A stretch of 64,000 bases of DNA, taken from a virus. The translations under genes and the position numbers were made by a program. Of the stretch, positions 56,241-64,000 are shown piece after piece (position 1 is the stretch's first letter; each line of letters starts with the position of its first letter). The DNA lies in IMG/VR virus record IMGVR_UViG_3300028550_004390, positions 2,734 to 66,733 of that record. The stretch is one strand, 5' to 3'. The notes under the pieces were generated by a model. That model saw nothing but the letters and a program-made list of their open reading frames with translations. It did not search any database and had not been told where the DNA came from.

Positions 56241-58808
56241 TTAAGTTCCCATTGGTCCACGAGCAAGAGCTATTACATCTCCAACCTTTTTACCGTCCAT
56301 TTTAACAACCCCTGGTTGGCTCATAAGGCCTATTAGTATATCAAGCTTTTCTGCTATAACATTGCTATTATCGTCTTTGCCGCCCTCTTCACCAAGTCCA
56401 CCTGTTATAGCACCTACAGCCATTGCCACTCCACCTAGTAATAATAGTGTTGGTAACATAGGGGTAAGCAATACTAAACTTCCAGCTAATGCTGCGATTC
56501 CCATAGCCATTGAGCCAAATGCGGGGCCTAATGATGCAATGCCAGCTGCTAATGGGGTTAGTATAGCCATACCTGCAGCAAGTCCTGTTATAATTTCAGT
56601 GCCACCTACCAATCCGAATAATCCTACCCCGATCGCTGCTACACCAAAACCTGCTCCTAAAAGTATTAAGCCATATCCTATAAGTGGCATAACTGGTATT
56701 GCGGGTACAAGAGTTAAAAGCCCAATCGCTAGTTCGGGTAACATTGGAATAAGTAATAAGAAGTTTGGTACGGCTTCACTTACAATTTTAAGAGCAACTG
56801 CCAACACTAGCATCGCTCCAGCAACTATTAACATTGCTGCAGCACCTGCTATGATTGCTAAAGCCCCTACTCCTGACATCATGATCGCCCCAAGCAAAGC
56901 TACAGCTCCAACTAATGCCAACATCGAAACAACTGCCATGCCTACTGCGGACCAACTTACACTCATGAATTCTTGTACTGCCTTTCCAAATATAAACACA
57001 GCACCTGCTACTAGAACCATAGCTGCAGCTCCCATTACTATGTTTTTCATATTTTTGCCTAGCTTAGACACACCCATATCTGACACCTTCCCTTTTGGTC
57101 CTTTTGGCATTGACTTGATTTTTGATGGACCTTTTAAAGATTTTAAGTCTGGTTTTGCCATTGACTTGATTTTTGATGGACCTTTTAAAGATTTTAAGTC
57201 TGGTTTTGCCATTGACTTGATTTTTGATGGGTCTTTCATAAACTGGCCTTTTACATTTCTTAACATACCCTTTGCATCTTTTTTGCCGCCATCTCCGGTA
57301 AGCATGGCTTTTGCCTTATCTTTTATCCCATTTAATCCTTCTTTTAGTGCTTTTGCTTGATCTTTTCTAAACTTAGATGATGTTGCCATTTTCCAAACCA
57401 AGTGAGCTTTTTCTGCAGCCCAACGTCCTACTTTCTTTGCAAATTCTACACCATCTGCAATGCGTTCTTTTATTTTCATCCCATTCCAGTTTACCAACAT
57501 ATTAGACATTGATGCTAATAGACCCATATTTTTTTTAATAGTTGTCCCTGCTCCCATTATAAACCCTAGGGATTTTTCTAAAGTGCTTGCTTCGACAAGT
57601 CCCATTTCGATTTGCTTTTCCTTGTTTCCAATCATGGATTGCATCGTTGCAAGATCAACTCCAGCAGCATCTGCTAATGCTTTTCTCTGAATCACCGACA
57701 TTTTTTCAAATTCTGCTATACCACCTACTTGTTTGAGAATAGCTTTAGTTGCTCCTACAGTATCTCCTGCCATAGCTAGTTGTCTGGCTTTGTCGAATGA
57801 TATTTGGCGACCTAGTAATACAGAAACCTGCATTTCTTTTTCTATAGATGTTTCTATATCCAAAATGCTGGTCATCATCTGATCTATAGAAGACATATTC
57901 GTACCGAGCTTGGCTGCTTGTACTGCAGTTTCTGCCATCGATAAAGCACTCTTACCGCCAAACTTTGCCATAAATTCTGAACTTTGAGCCATGTCTTCCA
58001 TGACCTTTCCTGGAGCTACATTATTGGCTTTGGCTAAGTTGGCTACACTTAGCATCTGGTGTTTAACCATTTCGTCAGACTCATTAGACATTAATTTAAT
58101 CTGTTTAAATAGCTTGGCTCCAGATGCTTCTGTTACCCCATATGTTTTGCTCAACTTTGCAACAGCTACAATTGCTGTAGAAGTTACACTACCCAGGTCA
58201 CCCATTTCAGTAGCTAGGGCTCCTGCAGCTTTTGCAGACTTTTCAAAGCCAATACCAAGAGCCATTCCTTTTAATGATGCTTTACCTAAGGTTCCTGCCA
58301 TTGCTAGACCCTGGGTGTATGATAGGCCCATTGAGTGCTGGGCATCCATTAAAGTGTCCTTTATCTCCATTGCTTTATCAGCTGCAGCTACTAAAAATAA
58401 TCCTCTAGCTATTTTAGGGTCAGTGGCTAAATCATAAAATTGTTTAAATTTCTTTTTAAACCCACCCATTAGAGCATCAATTTTGTCTTGTGCTGCTATT
58501 TGATCCTGATACACCTTTAATAGCTTTTTAGACGCACTCACATCTTTCGATTTATCTTGAATAGCATTCTTCTGAAGTGTTTCAAGTTGTTTGGTGTAGC
58601 TTAGTGCTTTCTCAGTTGTTTCTGCTGCAAGCTTATATAGATCATTTTTTCTTATAGCATTTGCGATCTCTCGGTCAGACATCGTTAATAATTTTTTGGC
58701 TGCTATAGCTTCTTCATTTTTGAACTTAGCAGTTTTTTCAGCTGCTATCCGTTTGGCCTCTGCTGCTGCAATAAACGCAGCCTGTCTTTTTGATTCCCCC
58801 GGAGTCAT
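56241..58808 (-). CDS. tail tape measure protein
   Basis: Ala/Lys-rich helical N-half, hydrophobic Ala/Gly-rich C-half, ends MDGKKVG; position in tail operon. Confidence 0.85.
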   Translation of the reverse strand: MTPGESKRQAAFIAAAEAKRIAAEKTAKFKNEEAIAAKKLLTMSDREIANAIRKNDLYKLAAETTEKALSYTKQLETLQKNAIQDKSKDVSASKKLLKVYQDQIAAQDKIDALMGGFKKKFKQFYDLATDPKIARGLFLVAAADKAMEIKDTLMDAQHSMGLSYTQGLAMAGTLGKASLKGMALGIGFEKSAKAAGALATEMGDLGSVTSTAIVAVAKLSKTYGVTEASGAKLFKQIKLMSNESDEMVKHQMLSVANLAKANNVAPGKVMEDMAQSSEFMAKFGGKSALSMAETAVQAAKLGTNMSSIDQMMTSILDIETSIEKEMQVSVLLGRQISFDKARQLAMAGDTVGATKAILKQVGGIAEFEKMSVIQRKALADAAGVDLATMQSMIGNKEKQIEMGLVEASTLEKSLGFIMGAGTTIKKNMGLLASMSNMLVNWNGMKIKERIADGVEFAKKVGRWAAEKAHLVWKMATSSKFRKDQAKALKEGLNGIKDKAKAMLTGDGGKKDAKGMLRNVKGQFMKDPSKIKSMAKPDLKSLKGPSKIKSMAKPDLKSLKGPSKIKSMPKGPKGKVSDMGVSKLGKNMKNIVMGAAAMVLVAGAVFIFGKAVQEFMSVSWSAVGMAVVSMLALVGAVALLGAIMMSGVGALAIIAGAAAMLIVAGAMLVLAVALKIVSEAVPNFLLLIPMLPELAIGLLTLVPAIPVMPLIGYGLILLGAGFGVAAIGVGLFGLVGGTEIITGLAAGMAILTPLAAGIASLGPAFGSMAMGIAALAGSLVLLTPMLPTLLLLGGVAMAVGAITGGLGEEGGKDDNSNVIAEKLDILIGLMSQPGVVKMDGKKVGDVIALARGPMGT
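57108..57230. repeat. perfect 51-bp tandem repeat (2.4 copies) in tape measure gene
   Basis: Unit starts at 57108, 57159, 57210; encodes PSKIKSMAKPDLKSLKG. Confidence 0.95.
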
Positions 58809-58811
58809 CTA

Positions 58812-59096
58812 TTAGAGCTCACCTCTTTTTTTCATTTGCTCAATTTCCGCCATATCAGCTTCGAGTTGGTCTGAGAACTTTTTTAAATTGTCTACTACTT
58901 TCTTTCCTTCAGGAGAGCTTTTTGCTAGAGATGCAAGGCTTCGCTCATACCCTTTACTATTTGTTTTTTGAAGCACACTGGCAATGTGATTCACCACATT
59001 ATCAAATAATCCTTCTTGTAATTTATTGGGATGTTTTGCCATTTGGGCAAGGATTACAGGCCTTAATGCTTTTCTAAGTTTTTTCTCATTATCCAT
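58812..59096 (-). CDS. hypothetical helical protein
   Basis: 94 aa, AGGAG RBS, late motif at 59124. Confidence 0.7.
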   Translation of the reverse strand: MDNEKKLRKALRPVILAQMAKHPNKLQEGLFDNVVNHIASVLQKTNSKGYERSLASLAKSSPEGKKVVDNLKKFSDQLEADMAEIEQMKKRGEL

Positions 59097-59123
59097 GGCT
59101 ACTCCTATGTAGATCTATTCAAG

Positions 59124-59133
59124 TATAAATATC
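59124..59133 (-). promoter_or_regulatory. putative late promoter GATATTTATA
   Basis: Exact motif. Confidence 0.6.
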
Positions 59134-59134
59134 A

Positions 59135-59377
59135 CTAATTTGGAGTTTTGGTTGAATTAGGATATCTTGGGGGAGGTGTCCTAGATGATTTTCCCTTACT
59201 TGCTTTTTCCTGAGCTTCCGCCTCTTTTTTCAACTGATCTGACAGGGTCTTATAATAAAAAGTTCTTAGGTATACTGGAAGGGTGTAGACATCAGTGTGC
59301 GTAAATGCACCTTGAGAATGGTATGCTATCTCAAAGATTTGTTTGTGCAGAATGGGCTTGTAATCAAGCCCTAGGCC
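59135..59377 (-). CDS. frameshift extension (GT/gp51-like) of tail assembly chaperone; no start codon of its own; not in ORF track
   Basis: 80-codon +1 frame GLGLDYKPILHKQIFEIAYHSQGAFTHTDVYTLPVYLRTFYY... beginning at the T7 run. Confidence 0.75.
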   Translation of the reverse strand, partial: GLGLDYKPILHKQIFEIAYHSQGAFTHTDVYTLPVYLRTFYYKTLSDQLKKEAEAQEKASKGKSSRTPPPRYPNSTKTPN

Positions 59378-59384
59378 AAAAAAA
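59354..59384 (-). promoter_or_regulatory. programmed frameshift signal: U7 slippery run, 6-nt spacer, 7-bp hairpin
   Basis: Minus-strand CAA TTTTTTT GGCCTA GGGCTTG-ATTA-CAAGCCC. Confidence 0.75.
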
Positions 59385-60236
59385 TTGGACGTTCATTGGC
59401 ATTTGAACTGTTGGATCTTCGTGACCACAGCTTTCACATTCAAAGTCAATCGTCATGTCTACGTCGGGGGATACTGTGTCTAAGTACTGACGAAATGCTA
59501 AAGAATCTCTAGATAAAAATTCATTATCAACAAACGATCTAATTTCCGTTTTGTCTTCTTCACCATCTATAGCTACAATCATATATTTAAACCGACTGGT
59601 TAGTTCATATGTTACTCCGTTGCCACCAACCTTCTTTTTTTTCATTCTTTTTGCTTCTGCTTCAACTAGCTTTTCGTCAGCGTGAGTTAGAATTTTAAAT
59701 GTTAAGGTTTTTTTAGCTATTGGAAGTTTAAATGTAAATCGACCTTCACTGTCTGGGGCATCGCCTTCTAGAATTTTATTTTCTAAAGATGTTAAATCGA
59801 CATTTTGTTTATGTTTAGCGCCACATGCAGGACAAGCCAATTCTACTGGATATTCAGCACCATATCCTAGCACTCTTGCTGCTACCATGATTGCATTCTT
59901 ATCTCCGGTAACTAAGTCGTTATAGTTTACAGATTTACCTTCACCATTACTTACGATCAGAGCTCTAAGTAGTGTGTCAATAACTAAGCCTTTTTGGATT
60001 AGATTAGAAGATGTTAGGATGTCTTCTTCTTTAGCAGTCATATACTTCATTTCAACCTTACCTGACGATAATGCACTATGTTCAGGATATAATGTTCCTC
60101 CGCTTGGAAGGTCTATGATTTCTGTTGGAAATTTAGACTCTTTAATCAGAGTCGTATTAGACTCATTTGCAAGTTGTTGTTTTAGGTCGTCTGTGGATAG
60201 GGCTTTGCCTGGGTAATCATCTGTAACTTTATTCAT
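59364..60236 (-). CDS. baseplate hub/tail assembly chaperone (T4 gp26-like)
   Basis: IDLPSGG, MTAKEEDIL, GDKNAI...AR..GYG..Y, CPACG, CESCG, ends FFWP. Confidence 0.8.
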   Translation of the reverse strand: MNKVTDDYPGKALSTDDLKQQLANESNTTLIKESKFPTEIIDLPSGGTLYPEHSALSSGKVEMKYMTAKEEDILTSSNLIQKGLVIDTLLRALIVSNGEGKSVNYNDLVTGDKNAIMVAARVLGYGAEYPVELACPACGAKHKQNVDLTSLENKILEGDAPDSEGRFTFKLPIAKKTLTFKILTHADEKLVEAEAKRMKKKKVGGNGVTYELTSRFKYMIVAIDGEEDKTEIRSFVDNEFLSRDSLAFRQYLDTVSPDVDMTIDFECESCGHEDPTVQMPMNVQFFWPRA

Positions 60237-60264
60237 AATTTAGGTTCCTTTTGAGGTTCGTATA

Positions 60265-60274
60265 TATAAATATA
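60265..60274 (-). promoter_or_regulatory. putative late promoter TATATTTATA
   Basis: Variant of the late motif. Confidence 0.55.
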
Positions 60275-60281
60275 TAGCAAT

Positions 60282-60308
60282 AAAAAAAGCTCCCTGAGGA
60301 GCCTTTCT
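60282..60308 (-). terminator. intrinsic terminator downstream of tube-proximal genes
   Basis: Minus-strand AAAGGCTCC-TCAG-GGAGCTTTTTTT. Confidence 0.75.
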
Positions 60309-60330
60309 TAAATATATTATTTAGGGTTAT

Positions 60331-60591
60331 TTATACTGCTCTATCTGCAATATTATATGTGTGTCCGCTTCCAGATGCACTTAATAATGAAACTACCACT
60401 TTATTACCAGCAGGGCTGCCGTCAATATATGTTTGAGATATAGTAGTGTTCATAGATATAATACTTCCTGTATGAAGTGTTAAGATATGGTCATTAACTG
60501 CTTTAGATAAAGTGCCTGCAGTGTCTGATGTTTCATTTGCATTGACGTTACCAATAAATATAGACATTGTAGTATTAGAATGAAGGGCCAT
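60331..60591 (-). CDS. hypothetical small structural protein
   Basis: 86 aa Ser/Thr-rich, AAGGAG RBS, directly after the tube gene. Confidence 0.65.
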   Translation of the reverse strand: MALHSNTTMSIFIGNVNANETSDTAGTLSKAVNDHILTLHTGSIISMNTTISQTYIDGSPAGNKVVVSLLSASGSGHTYNIADRAV

Positions 60592-60603
60592 AAATATTAC
60601 TCC

Positions 60604-61098
60604 TTAGTATTGTAAGATAGCGTGATCATATCTAATGTCTAGTGAAATCATTAGAGGAGTTCCGTCCTCTTCATATGATAAATCTCCAAATGTTGCTTTT
60701 GTTATAAAAGCACCTTTAAGATTCCATTCTTCAACCTTATCACCTACTGGACCCAACACATTGATTGTTATATCCTTTTTATACATATCAGAATAGCCAT
60801 TTCGGCCAGTAACTGATTCGTGATGTAGTCTTACCCATTCCATAACGGCTTGTGCTCCAGACGGAACAATTGGATCGTAAAGTTCCATGCCTGATATTGC
60901 ATCCCATTCTGACCTACCTTTAATGTATCTAGTAGTGTTCATATGCTTGATTGCAGTTTCACCATTACTAATACTAGGCCTTGGGCACTTGCGTATAAGA
61001 TATGATGGTATTCCGTCAACATACATGATAAACCTATTTGCAACCTTAGGTTCAAAATTAGTGTGCATCAGTTCTGTTGGGTCTATTAAATTTGCCAT
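60604..61098 (-). CDS. tail tube protein (T4 gp19-like)
   Basis: FEPK..NRF, YDPI.PSGAQAVMEW, YKKDI...LGPVGD.VEEW.LKGAF; follows sheath. Confidence 0.9.
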   Translation of the reverse strand: MANLIDPTELMHTNFEPKVANRFIMYVDGIPSYLIRKCPRPSISNGETAIKHMNTTRYIKGRSEWDAISGMELYDPIVPSGAQAVMEWVRLHHESVTGRNGYSDMYKKDITINVLGPVGDKVEEWNLKGAFITKATFGDLSYEEDGTPLMISLDIRYDHAILQY

Positions 61099-61116
61099 TT
61101 AGTGTTTCTCCTTGTA

Positions 61117-61126
61117 TATAAATATC
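61117..61126 (-). promoter_or_regulatory. putative late promoter GATATTTATA
   Basis: Exact motif upstream of tube. Confidence 0.65.
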
Positions 61127-63238
61127 TTAGTCTTCGAAAGTTGCGCCAGTTGGCATGATGTTAAAGTCAACTACGATAAACTCTGCAGCTTTTGCAGGTT
61201 GTAAGAAAATCTCTCCTTTCATGATATTTCTATCGATAAGATCTGGAGTGTTGTTAGACTCGTCCATAACTACTTTAAATGCATATAGACCTTGGTTTTG
61301 TTGAACAGATTCCATATATGGATTAACTGAACCTAGGAATCTATTGCGAGTAGCTGCTGTGTTGTTCTCGAATACAAGGTATTTAGAAGTACTAGCTATG
61401 AATTTCTTAAGATTGATTAATAATCGACGTACATTCACACGATCAAGAGCAGAAGCTTTTTTCTGAAGAGTCTTTTGACCCCATACGCAAACGCCTTCTC
61501 CTGGGAATGTTGCTAGAGGATTAATATTGTCCTCGTATAAAGTGTCACGGTTTGCATGTGTTAGCTTACGCTCTGCTTGAACTACAGTTTCTAAACCACC
61601 TCGGTTAAGACCTGCAGGAGCATACCATTCAGCAGCAACTTTATCATTAAAGGCATAAATACCAGGAATAAGAGTTGATGGTGGAACCCATACGAATTTG
61701 CCATTTGCTGATGTCTGTACCCAAGGCCAATACATAGCTGCATAGCTTGAGTCGAGTAATTCACCTTGTCCTGTGGCTACTGAGATATTTTGAGAAGCTA
61801 ATGTAGGATCAATAACAGCAAAGCAATCACCTCTTGTTTCACAAGCAGTAATTAGCTTGTTGGTTAATGCAGAATGGTCTCTAGTAGTTAAACCTGGCAT
61901 TGAAATCATATTGATATCATACTCATCGGCATTAGTTAGTAGGTCTATTGCATTTTCATACGAAGTTTGACCATTGGCAGGTGATCCAGGGTTTAATCCT
62001 TGGATGTTTGCTGCGATCATTTTATCAAAGTATAAAGCTGGATTAACTTTACCACCATCACTACCTCCTGTAAAAGTTCCTGTTGCTGCTTCTGGAAGTT
62101 GTCCGGCATTAGCTGCTGAACTTGTTGCTCCATTAGCATCAAGGTAGTCTGGTATTTCATTGACTTCAGAAACATAGACATACTTTGACTTGTTTGGGTA
62201 GTTACCTTTTGGTTGTAGGTAAACTCCACCGTCTTGAGCTATAGTTTGGTATTGATCTCCAATCATTTTACTAATAAAGTTTGGCTGGTTTGGATCAAGA
62301 CTTAGACCTGACCAAGTTTCTAAAATAGTTTTACGTTTAGATGTGTCATCACCTCGACGAACTAGAAGAGTAAATGTACCCTTATTGCCAGATACATTTG
62401 AAATCTCAAACCTTAGGTTGTCTTTTGACCCATTTGTTAATAGATCATTAGTACCTGCTGAACCTGAAGAATTCATAGATGCACCATCAGCAATTGTATT
62501 TAGTACAAAAGATGTAATTGATGTACCTACAGTTGATGTTCCTCCAGCTGTGGCAAACATTGCAGCAGTTGGGGCTCCAGATGAACCTGATGTTATGATC
62601 AAACCATTTCCACCGACGTGATTTCCAGCTGTTCCTGCTGCTGAAGCTGTTACTTCTATAGATGCTCCGGTATTATCAGCAGTAAATGCAGATAGACTTG
62701 AAACGGAATTAAATTCTGCAGCAAAGTTTTCTGCGTACTTCGTTGTGGAGTTCCCTCTATCAAAGAATCTAATTGAATCATCAGATGCGTCTGGGCTTGG
62801 GTTCAATTGACCTATAAAGTTAATTGTTGTTCCGTCAGTTTTAACTACCTTAATGGTATCAGATTCGTTTGCTGTAAGTACTACGGATGAACCAGAGGCT
62901 TTTAATATTCCTGTTGGAGATCCAGCAGAAGCTACTGATTGGGATGCATTGCTATAGCTAGTTCCGAGGATTCGGACTACGGTTAAAGCACCTGAGTGCT
63001 TTAGGTATTCTCTTGCTGAGATTGAGGTTAAGTATTCTGTTACTGTACTACCAGATGTGAATGTATCGCCAAACATTTGAACATATTCTGGATAGTTTGA
63101 TACTAGTGTTGGTATTAGAGCAGGACCTTTGACTGTAGGGCCTATGATAGCTCCACCTATTTCACCAATACCTTGCGGTACAAATGACAAATCGTTTTCT
63201 TGCGTAAATACACCGGGGCTTATTAATTTTTCAGCCAT
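61127..63238 (-). CDS. contractile tail sheath protein (T4 gp18-like)
   Basis: SPGVFTQENDLS, GPTVKGP, YWPW, WYAPAGLNRG, INP, WGQKTLQ, RVNVRRLL. Confidence 0.95.
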   Translation of the reverse strand: MAEKLISPGVFTQENDLSFVPQGIGEIGGAIIGPTVKGPALIPTLVSNYPEYVQMFGDTFTSGSTVTEYLTSISAREYLKHSGALTVVRILGTSYSNASQSVASAGSPTGILKASGSSVVLTANESDTIKVVKTDGTTINFIGQLNPSPDASDDSIRFFDRGNSTTKYAENFAAEFNSVSSLSAFTADNTGASIEVTASAAGTAGNHVGGNGLIITSGSSGAPTAAMFATAGGTSTVGTSITSFVLNTIADGASMNSSGSAGTNDLLTNGSKDNLRFEISNVSGNKGTFTLLVRRGDDTSKRKTILETWSGLSLDPNQPNFISKMIGDQYQTIAQDGGVYLQPKGNYPNKSKYVYVSEVNEIPDYLDANGATSSAANAGQLPEAATGTFTGGSDGGKVNPALYFDKMIAANIQGLNPGSPANGQTSYENAIDLLTNADEYDINMISMPGLTTRDHSALTNKLITACETRGDCFAVIDPTLASQNISVATGQGELLDSSYAAMYWPWVQTSANGKFVWVPPSTLIPGIYAFNDKVAAEWYAPAGLNRGGLETVVQAERKLTHANRDTLYEDNINPLATFPGEGVCVWGQKTLQKKASALDRVNVRRLLINLKKFIASTSKYLVFENNTAATRNRFLGSVNPYMESVQQNQGLYAFKVVMDESNNTPDLIDRNIMKGEIFLQPAKAAEFIVVDFNIMPTGATFED

Positions 63239-63275
63239 TTATTTGTCTCCTAATAGATTGTATTATTATTCAATA

Positions 63276-63285
63276 TATAAATATA
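63276..63285 (-). promoter_or_regulatory. putative late promoter TATATTTATA
   Basis: Variant of the late motif upstream of sheath. Confidence 0.55.
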
Positions 63286-63307
63286 TTTCAGGGATTCTAA
63301 ACGTCAC

Positions 63308-63559
63308 CTATTTGGAAATAAAAACGCCTGTTTCTGGATCTAATGTGCCATCACCATACTTAGCCGTTATATCAGCTATAACTTTAGATTCATTGGCTTT
63401 TACCAAAACAAATTCTTTTTTAAGCTTTGTCTTTTCTAGTTCTAAATTTTGGATTTCTAATTCTATTTGACCGAATTTAAAAGTTAATTCTTCGAATGAT
63501 GATTTAATAGATGAAACGGAAGTCATTTCTTCTGGTGTAAACTTGATTTCTTTTAACAT
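63308..63559 (-). CDS. hypothetical coiled-coil protein
   Basis: 83 aa; ends KYGDGTLDPETGVF. Confidence 0.7.
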   Translation of the reverse strand: MLKEIKFTPEEMTSVSSIKSSFEELTFKFGQIELEIQNLELEKTKLKKEFVLVKANESKVIADITAKYGDGTLDPETGVFISK

Positions 63560-64000
63560 GGATTATTTTGTTCGTTTGTTGGAATATCATTTATAGAACC
63601 TAAGGTTTCAGTCCCAATAACGATTTTTGCAGAAGAAAATGTTTTAGGATTGAAATTACTTAAAGATTTCTGGATGTTGTTTGGTATAACGTAGCCATTC
63701 ATTTCTATTGTGAATGTAGCCTTTGAAGCACGGTCTTCACCTGTTTCAGAGGTTAAAGATGTTGCAAATGTAGATATCTTAGAAAGAAATTTAAATCGTT
63801 CATTACCCCAGTACTGGTTAGCAGCATAGTTAATATCCTCTATAATTAAATTTAATTGTGATATATAATCTGCCCAAATAATGCAATCATAACTTAGTTT
63901 AACATAGTCGGGAACGACTATATTTGTATATTCTCTAACTGGAGTTCTTTCATTTAGTACTGAAAAGTTATCATATCTATTTTTAGAACTGTATGGTTTT
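63553..64000 (-). CDS. C-terminal part of a tail terminator/sheath stabilizer (T4 gp15-like); 5' end outside window
   Basis: Manual translation ...YDNFSVLN...VPDYVKLSYDCIIWADYISQLNLIIE...KATFTIEMNGYVIP... to TAA at 63553. Confidence 0.7.
   Translation of the reverse strand, partial: KPYSSKNRYDNFSVLNERTPVREYTNIVVPDYVKLSYDCIIWADYISQLNLIIEDINYAANQYWGNERFKFLSKISTFATSLTSETGEDRASKATFTIEMNGYVIPNNIQKSLSNFNPKTFSSAKIVIGTETLGSINDIPTNEQNNPC

Noticed and set aside
56362-57360. 332-aa plus-strand ORF
   Set aside because: Antisense shadow of the Ala/Gly-rich tape measure gene; no RBS or motif

Overview
This 64-kb window is part of a large, AT-rich lytic myovirus with a T4-like core, probably infecting an FCB-group (Bacteroidota-related) host. 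Nearly every real gene is on the minus strand. In transcription order (right to left) it holds: a contractile tail module (gp15-like, sheath, tube, assembly chaperone with a hidden frameshift extension, tape measure, baseplate); a truncated PolA-family gene; a T4-like replication/repair block (UvsE, SSB, UvsX, 5'-3' exonuclease, helicase, class II RNR); a four-gene putative nucleotide-modification operon (dNMP kinase, AsnB-like amidotransferase, thymidylate-synthase homolog with a dCMP-type Asp, dUTPase) next to PolB; GroES/GroEL; a ~10.5 kb sugar/glycosyltransferase island; a late region with a putative endolysin, a T9SS-cargo-like protein, membrane proteins and small proteins sharing an N-terminal MIKLxDIL.E leader; a 1605-aa protein made of ~20 small modules joined by ESVNE-type linkers; glutamine synthetase II; and a vWA/metallopeptidase protein. 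The most notable candidates for new biology are (1) the ESVNE-linked polyprotein plus leader-tagged proteins, a likely protease-matured capsid-cargo system that includes an Ntn hydrolase whose Cys sits directly behind a predicted cut site; (2) the amidotransferase-linked cytosine-modification operon; (3) a U7 + hairpin +1/-2 frameshift; and (4) a 55-bp stop-codon-anchored promoter cassette repeated five times. All assignments come from motif recognition by eye; no database searches were run.
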